A stretch of 64,000 bases of DNA from Oikopleura dioica (lineage: Eukaryota; Animalia; Chordata), in contig OU015566.1 in NCBI GenBank assembly GCA_907165135.1, positions 2,108,001 to 2,172,000 of the forward strand, given 5' to 3'. A model generated the notes under the pieces. That model saw nothing but the letters and a program-made list of their open reading frames with translations. It was not told the DNA's origin and made no database searches. Shown one piece after another: positions 35,140-47,451 of the stretch. Made by a program: the position numbers and the translations under genes. Position 1 is the stretch's first letter. Each line of letters opens with the position of its first letter.

Positions 35140-36388
35140 TTATTTAGCAAAGTCAGGAATGGGCAAGCCAAAAGCAGCATAATCCTCAATGTATATCTCC
35201 ACTAGTTTCGCCCTCTCAATATCCGTCAGCTTCCCAAACTCTTCATCTATCCTCAATTTCGAGTGTTTTGTCGAATGAGCATTTGCCGACTGAAATCCTT
35301 GTTGAATTTCATCATACGTGGGGCTTTGCACTTTGAGCTTTTCCATCAAGCGAGGCATATCTTGATCCATTTGAGAGATGAGCCCAATAAAATCGAAATC
35401 GAAGGCGCAGATGTCACAGGAGCTCTAGAATACCTAGATGAGACTAAGGAGGATGATTTGACTGTACCTGAACTGTATTCCAATGAATATTTGTCTTGTA
35501 ATGATCATTCTTCGCCAACCACCTAGCAAACATCTGAAAGCTGACATAATATCCCATCTGATGCGCGTCCATTTTTCGCTTCGGAAATTCAAAGTCTTTC
35601 GGAAGATTGAATTCCTCTCTTATGATTTCTTTTCCCGGATACTCGTAGTACATTTCACGATCTTCTGTTCTATTCATTTTGTCTTTCCAGCCTGAGAAAA
35701 TTCGATCCATTGGGTCTCGAACAAAAATGAATTTTAGAGAGTCCTTGTCGATTTTGTCGGGTTTGAGAAGGCAGCCTTTTTCGAACGAGTCGCAATTCTT
35801 GTTATTTCGCTGGTCGCCGTTGACGATTTGCTTTTTTGGGGCTTTCACTCAATAGACGCCACTTATGTCAGATAAAAGTAAAATGGCGGATAAGTTTGAG
35901 CCCTCCATTAAATTTGACACCAATTGGGTCTTTAATAAACCCTGTTATTTCGAGAAACATTTGCGTAAGCGCCGTCGATGCAGATTTAGCCGTGACACAG
36001 GTTGAAAACTTCACTCCTCCTTTTGAGACACCTTCGAGAGTTGACGCTCGATTTTTCAGGGTTTTTGTCAATTTGCTCTTACTAAATTTCGCTAAAAAAA
36101 TGAGGATTTTTAAAGATAGCAAACCTGCAGTACTCTCGATATGTTTTGAGTAAATTCAACATATTTAGTTGCTTATTTTCTTTTTTATTTTCCTTCTTGA
36201 TTTTGCCCGCATCTAGTGAAAACTTTTCTAGAGAAATTCTCCCCGCAGCAACCTGACTTGTTATCGAATTCCCGGAGTTTGATATCACCAGATAGGCGCC
36301 AACAATTACACAGAATACAATAATGACCTAAAAGTTCATAAATTAGAAAATTGAAAAGCCCTACAAGTTTGTTTTGCTGTATTATCAT
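35140..36388 (-). CDS. Golgi carbohydrate sulfotransferase (Sulfotransfer_2, CHST8-14-like)
   Basis: Signal anchor MIIQQNKL|VIIVFCVIVGAYLVI, 5'-PSB-like 'CVTAKSAST', 3'-PB 'FIFVRDPMDRIFSGWKDK', 'CDICAFDFDFIG' and 'IYIEDYAAFG'. Confidence 0.85.
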
Positions 36389-36541
36389 CTTTATTTTTTT
36401 CTCTGGAAAAAGTTCAAGTAAGAATTCAGACCAGACGCAAGTGAATATCCTGTTCATTTAAACAATAGCCCGTTTATTCTTAATCTGCGACTATGCCGGA
36501 ATTTCAAAAGGGCAAATAGAAATAGCAAAAGAAGAAAAAAA

Positions 36542-37642
36542 GGGAATGACGACTAGGTTCGTGGTGGGTTCTGCCAGAGTAATGAAATCGGCCTATATTT
36601 TGGGGCAATAAGGGAAATGGGTTGATGACTAGGTTCGTGTGACTAGGTTCGTGAAATTTTATAACGAATAAATTTTTAGGGCAGTAAGGGAAACGGGTTG
36701 ATGACTAGGTTCGTGTGACTAGGTTCGTGAAATTTTAAATACAAAAATTTTTGGGGCAGTCAGGGAAACGGGTTGATGACAAGGTTCGTGTAATTTTAAA
36801 TAGAAAAATTTTTGGGGCAGTAAGGAAATGGGTTGTTGACTAGGTTCGTGTGACTAGGTTCGTGTAATTCTATGTAGAAAAAATTTTTGGGCAGTAAGCG
36901 AAATGGCTTGGTGACTAGGTTCGTGTGACTAGGTTCGTGAAATTTAAAATAGAGAAAATGTGGGACCATATTTGCCAAATGAGTATCCTAGTCTTCACGA
37001 ACCTAGTCTTCACGAACCTAGTCTTACGAACCTAGTCATCACGAACCTAGTCATGAACCCGCTTCCCTTACTGCCCCAAAATTTTTTCTATTTAAAATTT
37101 CACGAACCTAGTCACACGAACCTAGTCATCAACCCATTTCCCTTACTGCCCGAAAATGCTGGAAATACAAAAAATACATATAAAAATCCAAATTTCACGA
37201 ACCTAGTCACACGAACCTAGTCATCAACCCATTTCCCTTACTGCCCGAAAATGCTGGAAATACAAAAAAATACATATAAAAATCCAAATTTCACGAACCT
37301 AGTCACACGAACCTAGTCATCACGAACCTAGTCTTCACGAACCTAGTCACACGAACCTAGTCTCCACGAACCTAGTCTTCACGAACCTAGTCACACGAAC
37401 CTAGTCATCAAGCCATTTCCTTTACTGCCCCAAAATTTTTTCAATTTAAAAACTCACGAACCTAGTCACACGAAACTAGTCATCAACCCATTTCCCTTAC
37501 TGCCCCAAAATGGAGAAGATGCAAAAAATACATATAAAAATCCAAATTTCACGAACCTAGTCACACGAACCATTTTTCCCAACATGGCACCCACGAACCT
37601 AGTCACACGAACCTAGTCCTCACGAACCTAGTCATCGGTCTC
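36542..37642. mobile_element. Foldback-like element built of CACGAACCTAGT subrepeats in inverted orientation
   Basis: The left ~400 bp carries ACTAGGTTCGTG units and the right ~650 bp carries CACGAACCTAGT units, around a short unique centre (~36950-36985). Both flanks read GAAAAAAA (possible 8-bp TSD, low complexity). Confidence 0.8.
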
Positions 37643-37835
37643 GAAAAAAACTTACTTGAAAATAATTTCTTGGTTTTAAAATTCCCATTTCTCTTGAAAA
37701 ACTTTCGAGCAAAAAAAATTCACATGGATTCGCAAAAATTTAAATATTGACTTTTTGACGAATCGCGAAAAAAGAATTTGTAGATAATCAAATAACGAAA
37801 TGATAGACATTTTATTTTTCAAAGAAAAGATGAAT

Positions 37836-40631
37836 TTATTTGCCCTTCTTGTTCTTCTTGTTCTTTCGTTGGCTGAAGTCGATGTCGCCAAGGCACTTTT
37901 TACACTTTTTGCAGCCCTCGGGCTTCGCGCTAGAAAAAGACTCATTAGTTGTTTGAAAGCTGCAGAACATACGCAGTAAGGAGAGTTCCTTGAAGTCGTT
38001 ATTGTGGCAAACGCCTGGGCAAGCGTTCTTAGCTGCTCGTTTGCAGTTTGACTTGCCATCGCCGCAAATTGCTTCGAATTGAACTTTTGTTTCTGAAAAA
38101 TTGAGTAAAAAACTGAAAATAAAATAACCGACCTTGTGGAAACAGAAGCCAGCTGGTGGTGGACACCTGTTTTTCAGAGCTTGCTTACAAGTACATCCCT
38201 CTGGAACGGCAACTTCAGCTCCATTATTTCTTGGATCTCGGCAGATTCCTGGGCACTTGTTTTTCTGAGCCTGCTTGCAAGTGCAGTCAGTGCCACTGAG
38301 ATCGAGAGTGTTTCCGAATCGATCTTGGCAAACATCTTCTCCTTCATTTCCGGCTGGGGCTGGAAAAATTTATAAAAAGAAAATCCCACAATTTTTACCT
38401 CCACTTTGAGCAGAATCATCTCTCCACGCTTCCAAGTTCATGCCGGCCATGTTTCTTGAGTTGCAATTGATGGTTGGTCCGGTACCGGATTTCTTGAACA
38501 TATTCGCTTGAATGTTCCCCATGCCTTCCATAGCATTGCAGAGAGCCTTGGAAAGGGTCCATCCTTTGAGGGTGCTCAATTGGGCAGATGAGAAGACGTC
38601 TCCATTTTCGTGGTGGAATTTGTCACCATCTTAATTTTACGATAATCGGGATTTTTCAATTCATTTTACCTCGAAGGGCCAAAAATTGGTCGACAATAAT
38701 ACAGCCAGCCGTTGGTCCAACTTGAGCATTTTGCATCGGCTGTTCCATAAGAAGACCAACGTAGAGATCGATGTCACCATCGTTGTTGTACATGTTTCTG
38801 ATGTTATTCCAGCCATTCTATAAATGATAATCCTAACAGAATCTACAGTGAATTATACCTGCATGGAAGGAAGACCATTGTACATAATTCCGTAGTCTTC
38901 ATGATTCATGCACCAATCTCGAAGAGCATTGTAAGTTCCAAGGCCGTGTTCTCGTCCTCTCTAGAAATCAAATCAAATTCTTTTCAAGAAAAATGCCTTA
39001 CCGCGAGATTGATGGCCAAAAGATCAACGCCGTGACTGAGCGTATTTGGCTTGAAAAGCTTGTGATTCGTTGCTTCGGCATAATGACCACCAACTTTGGC
39101 CGCTTCCATCGAAGCCATACCTCGAAGACAGGCTCCAGCTCCGTCTCTGAAGAGAAGATCTGGGTCAAAGAAGTTGTTTTCGAGCTTTGCTGATCGCTTC
39201 TGGCTCATGTCAGTATTCGCCGATTTGAAGTTATCGGGGACCATTGAGTGGCCGAATCGATAGGCTGCAGCGGCGAATTCGTTTCGAATAGAAGGATCGT
39301 CCTGAGATGGAGGGACGTGACCATCGGGATTGGTTCGCTTCTTGTTCTTGTTTTTCTTTCCTCGGCCAATGTTGTTCATGACTGCCATTCCTGGATTGCC
39401 GACCATCAGTGGTAAGTGCTCCGAATAGTTGATTTCTTTCATGACACCAATGACAAACAATCTTGCCTCTTCGAACACTCGCTCTTTGTTCCACCCAGGG
39501 TTGATTGCTCGGAGCTGGTCGACAGCGTTGTTATGGAGTCGAGCGAAAAGAGTGTGGAGGGATGAAAGAAGTGGGTTTTCCAAAACTCGAGTATCGCCAG
39601 CGACCAATTCGTCGTGACCTTTGTCGTTCAAAGCGCTGGAGGTGGAAAACTTGTCCTTGATTCCATTATCGTTGAACATGTTAACAGATGGGAGGAAGTG
39701 TTCGCCTTTGACGGACTGCATTCGCAAGTGCATGCCATCGGATGCAGTCAAGAGCTTTCTGTGCTTAGTTGTGAAGCCATAGACGGTTGTGGCATCGAGA
39801 TAAGCAGAGAGCTGGTTGATTTGTTCACGAACAGGGGTTCCTTGACCACTCTGTCCGAGTTGTGAGCTCGATCGAATGATAAACAAGCATGGGAAGGTGA
39901 TAACTGGGTCGTTATCCAATGAGATCTCTTTGCATTGCGGGGCAGTTCCGCTGCAATCGCAGGGAACATCACCGGATCCGAGAACATCGGGCGTTTGAAT
40001 GATGTCGTGAGTGATGAACTGACCCCACGCGGTGAAAGCATAGGAAACGTCATTTGACATTGTTCGCTGAGTGTTGGCTCGCATGGCCAAGGAAATTGCC
40101 CGCTCGGATGGAAGCTGACCCCCGTTTGAGGCGCATCGAGGAGAGTCACGGCCGTTACAGTAGTTGGCAGAGACAAGTCGAGTGTATGCTTGAAATTTCA
40201 GATTAATAATGGTTTTGAATAATATTTTACCTTTCATAGATCTTCCCTTATCATTACTAGCATTGCAAGACCCATCCAAAGACGGAAAAGAAGAACCACA
40301 ATTTCCTTGTCGCTCGAAGCTCTCGGTGACATTGACAGCTCGCTCGACCATGACATCCAGTGGCTCTGTAGATCGTTCGTTGAAAACCTGGTTCAAGATT
40401 CGTTCGTTTTCAGCTGAGATTTCGTCCATAACAGGAATGGTGAAACCGTTTCGAACTCGGCGATGAGCGTGCATGATGGCCTGGAGCGGGCTGAGGCCCC
40501 GTTCCATGCCTTAAAATTTAAGATAATTACAGGTTCTTCTTGTCATTTTTCTTGGGTTCAAAGATCTCTAGAAAAAATGAAAAAGGAAACGTACCATAGG
40601 AAGATGCTAAAAGAGTTGGGAGGAGCTTCAT
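37836..40631 (-). CDS. Secreted animal heme peroxidase (peroxidase-cyclooxygenase superfamily) with a Cys-rich basic C-terminal extension
   Basis: Signal exon MKLLPTLLASSYG, 'FTAWGQFITHDI' (distal His), 'QINQLSAYLDATTVYG', 'AGDTRVLENP' (distal Arg/Glu), 'EFAAAAYRFGHSMV' (proximal His), 'DLLAINLARGREHG' and 'GDIDLYVGLLME'. Confidence 0.92.
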
Positions 40632-41136
40632 GGTCGGCGGGAAGCTTGAAATCTGAGTATCAGCTCTCAGACTATGGATTGCAGGAGAGCACTGGTAAGA
40701 GGAAAATATTTATTTCTCCAACGACATATTTATAAGCAACTTGGTCAATTATTACTCCGAGGAAGATATGAACGCTAAACACTTTTTGGGATGGGCCGGA
40801 AAAACACGGGCTTTTAAAATGTTTATTTTTTCCAATTCTGTTCTGAATCGAAAAAAAAATGCGATCCCAGTTTCTGAAACTTATAATACGATTGTGGTCA
40901 TGAAGTCGCGTCATAAATACATAAGAGCCTGAAATTCGTGGTAAACGAAAAAACTCAGAAAAGTATAAGGTTTGACAAAATCAGCTTAACTAACCGTAAG
41001 TTCCATTTTTTGTCCTATTGGAACGTCATCGTAAACGGAACACAGGCTTAATTTTTAACTCTCTTGCGCTCTACAGGCACATAAATACAGCGCAATTCTC
41101 AATCTTTTCATCAAATTTGTTCGATAAGATACAAAT

Positions 41137-43114
41137 ATGAAAGTTTCTACCTTTTTCAGCATCTCTGCTATCGCTGCGAAACGAGATAAAATAAAACTAT
41201 CTCAAAGTCGACTTTCTCTTGAGTCGACACAAGGTCGTCAGTTCACTGACTGTGGCGGCCTCTTTGAGTTTACCAAGGAAATGACGAGTGTTGAGATTTT
41301 CTCTCCAGTTGATCCGGAGGATGCAACAGTCTACCCACCAAACGCCTCTTGCGAGTGGCTTCTTCAGGATGAGTGTGCTGATAGTTTTACAATCAATGCA
41401 ATCAAACTCGATATTGAAGGTAAATGGGTAAATAATGAGTACAGTCGTGAATCAAAATAGAGCAACCTTTCCGGGCGCATATTTTTACAAAATCGATTTG
41501 AAATAAAAATACATTTTTCAAGGACACGAAAGATGCGTTTGGGACTACCTTGCGTTTGCAAATCAGGATCGAACTTATAACGCTACTTTCTGCAATGATT
41601 ACAATGACTACTACGACTACAGCGATGACGACTCCGAATTTCACGCGCTCAAAGAAGGCGGTGAAATCGTCATTCCAGGAAATTCAATCAGCATCACTTT
41701 CATTTCTGACGGAGTAGTACAGCAAGAGGGATTCAAGATTTCAGTTATTCCAAGTAAATTTCATCTTGATGAATAAAGCTTTCATAAATTTTAGACCGAC
41801 CTGAAGGCTCAGAATGCACCCCAAATATAAACGAGCCAGTCTGCAAATTTCCATACAACAGTGATGGCTCTGTGATGATGAAAACCTGGGACATCTCAAC
41901 GCATGATAAACTCGTTCCGTTCTCGAATTACGCCGACACATTTGAACAGGAACCTCTTGAAGATGTTGAGTGGCATATGCAAGAATGCGCAAATAGATGT
42001 GTCGCAACTCCGGGATGTTTCAAATTCAAGGTTGGACAAAATTGCATTTTACGTGGAAACAAAATGGAAGAACCAAGATTTCAAAGTTATGGTGAGCACA
42101 AATATTAAGAAAAAATCGTAATTTTGACAATTCAGCTATCAATGGAGAAGATTGCCCTTCTGACCCCTCGAATCGTCTCTGGATCGATAGAAAAGCAACG
42201 ACTCAAGTTTTCTGCAATTTTTCTGGAGTTGAAAGCGCCGAAGAGTATTTGGAATATCTCCGTTCCAAAAATCAACAAATGACAAAATGGGTAAAATAGA
42301 TATTTTCCCGACTTTTTCTATCATTTTAAACTAGAATGTTACTGATGTAGACGGACATAATGGGGCGCTTACGACGCGAAAAATGACTCGAAGGTGGACA
42401 TTTTCTCAGGCAACAGAACGACCAGCAACCTGGGGTCAATGGTATACCTTCGTCACGACTATTTTCTTCCGCGACTATCTTGTTCCAGTCAACGCAACGG
42501 CAACAGCAACTACACAACAACAGAGGAAAAGAAGACAAGCCGAAGAAAATGAAGAACTCATCGCCATAGCGAATCAAGAAGTCCAAGCCTTCATTGCCAA
42601 CCTCGAGATCGGAGATGACGTAGAAGTTCTCGAAACAGAAGTGTCCGAGATTGAGCTTGAAAACTTAGATCCAATCGACGATACTGATACAAACCAAATG
42701 ATTTATGCTTACTCAAGCATAAGAGCTCTTCTTGACTCGTCAATGAAATCAAAAGGGACTCGACGACAGCCGCAGAAAATGAAACAGTTCGACCACGTGA
42801 ATCGTCGATTTTCCTGGATGTACGATCACATCAGCGACGACTGTGAAATTCCGACTGATTCAATTTTTGGCACTGAGAAATGGACCATTCCAGAAATCAT
42901 GGAAGAGAATATCTGTAGCAGTTTTGTTTCTTTGATGGAATCAACAATGTTGTTCTACGACCACAAAGTCTGCTTGGATCACATCAATCTCAAAGAAAAC
43001 AGAAGAGCTCGACGAAGATATGAGAGAATCGAGTCTGATTTTTTCCGATCGAAAAAGGTCTTTAATCGACTTCTCAGAGGACTCAAGTGCGAAGAACAGC
43101 TAGAAACTAATTAA
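41137..43114 (+). CDS. Secreted CUB + PAN/apple-like + furin-site + novel helical C-domain protein, copy A (5 exons)
   Basis: Signal peptide, CUB 'CGG...IFSP...YPPNASCEWLL...CVWDYL...FISDGVVQQEGFKI', PAN-like 'ECANRCVATPGCFKF...C.L', 'RKRRQ', and a C-terminal domain with 4 conserved Cys. Confidence 0.85.
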
Positions 43115-43285
43115 TCATGTCTTTTTCCTTTGCTTCTGCTTGACGAAAACTTTAAAATCAATAATAAGACGCACTTAAACTTTTACAAAACTCCTGTCGC
43201 TGAGAAAAAAAGCATTAACGCAGCAGAAATCTAAAGCGTAGTAGTAGGATCTAAACAACGCCAAAGGCCAAATAAAATTGTTGTA

Positions 43286-43442
43286 CAGTGGGTTGCGCAG
43301 GTAATGCACCCCTAAAGAGCGGGTAGAGGGTGCATCTGTCACACAATCACTTTGAGCAAGTCTTGAAAGAAACAATAGAAAAAGTGCGGGCGAAGGGTGC
43401 AGCAACGCCGCAATCACAAAACACTACCTGCGCAACCCACTG
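43286..43442. mobile_element. Tc1/mariner-type MITE, 18-bp TIR CAGTGGGTTGCGCAGGTA, TA TSD
   Basis: TA|CAGTGGGTTGCGCAGGTA...TACCTGCGCAACCCACTG|TA. Its interior resembles 28750-28870. Confidence 0.85.
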
Positions 43443-43816
43443 TAACGATCTTCGATGACAAAATTACAACCACATCGTCGACGACAACTGTAACAATTTA
43501 GCAAAATAACGATGATATTAATGATATTCTTATGAAAACAATTATGTATACGACTCAACTATTTTGTGTAAAATTTATATCATTTGTGAGAGACTTTATA
43601 TTTCATTTTCCGCTCAAAACTACCAGAAGATTATTGTTCAGTTTGATTAAAATTTCATTCTTTCCTTAATAGAATCCTTATTCCTTAAAAGGTCTACTTC
43701 CGCTGTATTCATGCTTACTTTTTTCTTTTCAAAACCACGCATTTTTAAGAGTTTAAGCGGATTTTATTGTTGATTTTACAGTATTTGTCAAGCAGAAGCA
43801 AATAGAAAAGGCATTA

Positions 43817-45782
43817 TTAATCAGTTTCTAGCTGTTCTTCGCACTTGAGTCCTCTGAGAAGTCGATTGAAGACCTTTTTCGATCGAAAGAAATCAGACTC
43901 TATTCTTTCGTATCTTCGTCGAGCTCTTCTGTTTTCTTTGAGATTGATGTGATCCAAGCAGACTTTATGGTCGTAGAAAGACATTGTCGATTCCATCAAA
44001 GACACGAAACTGCTACAGATGCTCTCTTCTTCAATTTCTGGAATGGTCCATTTATCAGTGCCGAAAAGTGAGTCAGTTGGAGTTCCACAGTCCTCGCTTG
44101 CGTGATCGTACATCCAGGAGAATCGACGATTCACGTGGTCGAACTGTTTTATTTTCTGGGGTTGTCTTCGAGTTTCTTTCGCTTCCATTGCTGAGTCAAG
44201 AAGATTTCTGATGTTTGAATACGCATATGTCATCTGATTTGCGTCAGTATCGTCGATGGGATCTAAGTTTTCAAGCTCGATCTCAGACACTTCTGTTTCG
44301 AGAACTTCTACGTCATCTCCAATCTCGAGGTTGGCGATGAAGTCTTGGACTTCTTGATTCGCAATGGCGAGGAGCTCTTTATCTTCGTCGGCTTGTCGTC
44401 TTCTTCTATTTGGTGGTCGTGAATTCGGAACTTCTACAGTCGAATTTGTTGTTGATGTTATTGTTGCGTTGACAGGGACTAGATAGTCGCGGAAGAAGAT
44501 AGTCGTCACGAAGGTGTACCAATGTCCCCAGGTCGTTGGTCGTTCTGTTGCCTCGGAGAATGTCCATCTCCGAGTCATCTTTCGCGTTGTTAGCGCCCCA
44601 TTATGTCCGTCTACGTCAGTTACGTTCTAGTTAAAAATTATTTTAAAAAGTCGGGAAAATGTATATCTTTACCCATTTCGTCATTTGTTGATTATTCGAC
44701 CGGAGATATTCTAAAAACCGTTCGGCGTCTTCAACGCCAGAAAAGTGGCAGAAAACTTGAGTTGTTGCTTTTCTATCTCTCCAAAGACGATTTGAGGGGT
44801 CGGAAGGGCAATCCTCTCCGTTGATGGCTTAGAAATCAAAATTATTATGCTTTCTCTATTTTTATGCTTACCGAAGCTAAGATTTCCGAAGCCAAGACCT
44901 GTTCGTTCTATTTTGTTTCCACGTAGAGAGCATTTTTGGCCCAAAACGTTGATTTTGAAACATCCAGGAGTTGCAACACATCTATTCAAGCATTCTACCG
45001 CAGGCCACTCACCAAATACGAGAGGATCCAGTTCAAATGAATCCGCGTAATTCGAGAATGGAACGAGTTTATCGTACGTTGAGAGGATCCAGGTTTTCAT
45101 CTTTACATCATTATTGTATTGAAAATCGCATTGTGGCTCTCTTACGTTTGCGCTACATTCTGAGCCTTCAGGTCGGTCTATAATTAATGATAGCTTTATT
45201 TATGAAGATAAAAATTACTTGGAATGACTGAGATCTGAAATCCATCGTGTTCTTCGGATCCATCAGTAAGAAAAGTGATGCTGATTGAATTTCCCGGAAT
45301 GATGATTTCACTGCCTTCCTCGAGTGCGTGAAATCCCATGACCGAGTCGCCAGACCCGTAGTCGTAGTAGTCATTATCATCATTGCAGTAAGTTGCGTTG
45401 AAAGTTTGATCCTGATTTGCAAGCGCAAGGTAGTCCCAAGTGCATCTATCGTTGCCTACAAAGTTTAAAGTTAAAACTGAATATATCTGGTATATTTACC
45501 TTCAATATCGAATTTGATTGTTTTGATTGTAAAGCTGTCAGCGCAATCATCCTGGAGAAGCCACTCGCAAAAAGCGTTAGGCGGGTACTTTGATCCATTA
45601 TTCGGATCAACAGGCGACGAAATATCCAAACTGGTCATTTGTTTGGTGAACTCAGTGATACCGCCACAGTCACTGAACTGGCGACCCTGAGTCGACTCAA
45701 GAGAAAGTTGACCTTTAGATTGCTTTCCTTTATCTCGTTTTGCAGAGACAGCAGAGATGGTAAAAAAACTGACAACTTTCAT
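43817..45782 (-). CDS. CUB-PAN-like paralogue, copy B
   Basis: Same 5-exon structure as copy A, in inverted orientation. 'RRRRQ' site. The C-terminal ~50 codons differ from A mostly at synonymous positions. Confidence 0.85.
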
Positions 45783-46632
45783 ATTTGTATCTTACCGAAC
45801 AAATTTGACGACAAAATCGAGAATTTTCGCAGTATTTATGTGCCTTCAGAGCGCAAGAGAGTTAAACTTAAGCGCCTTTGCGTTCCGCAGAGGATGACGT
45901 TCCAATAGCACAAAAATGGAACGTAGGGTAAGTTGAGCTGATTAGGGCGAACCTTATGCTTTGCTTAGCTCTACTGGTTAACCACGAATTTCAGGCTTTT
46001 TTTGTATTGATGACGCGACTTGGTGACCCTAATCGTTTCTACAACCCCTCCTTTGTTATTTTTGAAGGCTTCACCGTGAAGCCCTCCCCTCATTTTATTT
46101 GTATTTTTATTTCCTTTTGGGCTGAGATGCTCAAGGAAGTCCAAAGGTCAACTATTTGACATGTCTCAATCCTTTGCAATTCTCAAAATTTGAAGATAAT
46201 TTTTAAGATTGTTAGAGTGGAGATGGGCCCCCAAAAAATGATGCGAAAAATTTTTATTATTACCTCCTTGGTGCGGCGGTTGGTGCGGCTCCGAGGAGTG
46301 ATCCCTTAAATTAATCGAGCATGTCGATTTCACATTAAAATCTACATCCTCGATGAATGCAAGTATGAATTAGTTCTCAGTTGAATTACTCAGAGATAAA
46401 ATATGGTTTTAAAAATTTTGAACAAAAATTATGGTTATTCAAATTTACAGTCATTTCACTCTGATAAGCTTATTTTTCTCTTATAAAAAAGTTTGCGTTT
46501 TTAAATAATTTAAAAATTTTGAATTTCAACCCTAAAATGCTCAATATCGAGTTCAAAAAATCGAAAAAAATCATCTTAAAGACACTAGAAGTCATCAAAC
46601 GTCGAAAAATATTTTTAATTATACCTTCATTT

Positions 46633-47451
46633 TCATTTTACAAGTGTTGACAGATTCAACCTTGATTCCTGAAAAACCAATTTGTAAACACAATAGAAGT
46701 AATAAAGCAGACTCAGTGAAATGAGCACATTCCCAATATTCTGTGCTTGAGCGAAATCAATCGGTCTTGTCGTCCTTGCTGCTCTCACTTGATTCTCCTT
46801 GTTCAGAAGCAGTGCAGTACGTTCACTAGCCAAATTTAACCCTTTGAAAAGACTGTCATCGAAGCTCGGGCCATCGAAAGTCATGGTCGTATCATACATG
46901 GTGAGGATAAAGTCGAGAATCGTACATTCGTCGGTGAAGCATTCGAACCAGATGTTCCCAAGCTCGCGGACGAAAACTGTTGGCGCGTATGGCTCATCGA
47001 GTTTATCTCGAAAATGATGGTCACTTTCCGTTTTTGCTTGAAGATGATTGTCTCTTCTGACGCTGCAGCCATCGGATTTGAGGCTCACTCCGTCGAGGGG
47101 AAAGCTCAGGGGAGCGCAAGAAGATCGATCCGCGAATCGAAAGGTTTCGAATTCGACACTTTTGAGAGCGTTGATTCCGTTTAGGACTGCGTAAATTTGT
47201 TCGGAGGAAATTTGAACTGCACTTTCATGTTCTTCTTTTTTCAGGTTTTTCATGATCAAACTGGCCTGGACGACTTTGAGATTCGCTCAGAGGGACAAGT
47301 CGGCGTCTGTTTCTGCAGCTTTGTTGCAACTATCCATTGACACTTTCACATAAACGCTTCTTTCTTTCCCGCCAGAGTTTTTCAAGTTCACGAAGAAAAA
47401 CTCCTGGCCGCTTTCTTTCCAAATATCAGAGTTTGTTTTTTGACGCCGCAT
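46633..47451 (-). pseudogene. Orphan ORF interrupted by one in-frame TGA (47287-47289)
   Basis: The frame is open from ATG 47451 to TGA 47289 and continues in the same frame into ORF 47259-46633. No recognisable domain. Confidence 0.4.

Noticed and set aside
36542-37642. CRISPR-like repeat-spacer appearance
   Set aside because: The spacers are themselves repeated, the array is inverted about a centre, the context is eukaryotic, and there are no cas genes.
37830-37979. + strand 49-aa ORF with a signal-like start (MNLFALLVLLVLSLA)
   Set aside because: Its hydrophobicity is explained by the complement of the AAG/AAC-rich peroxidase 3' exon.
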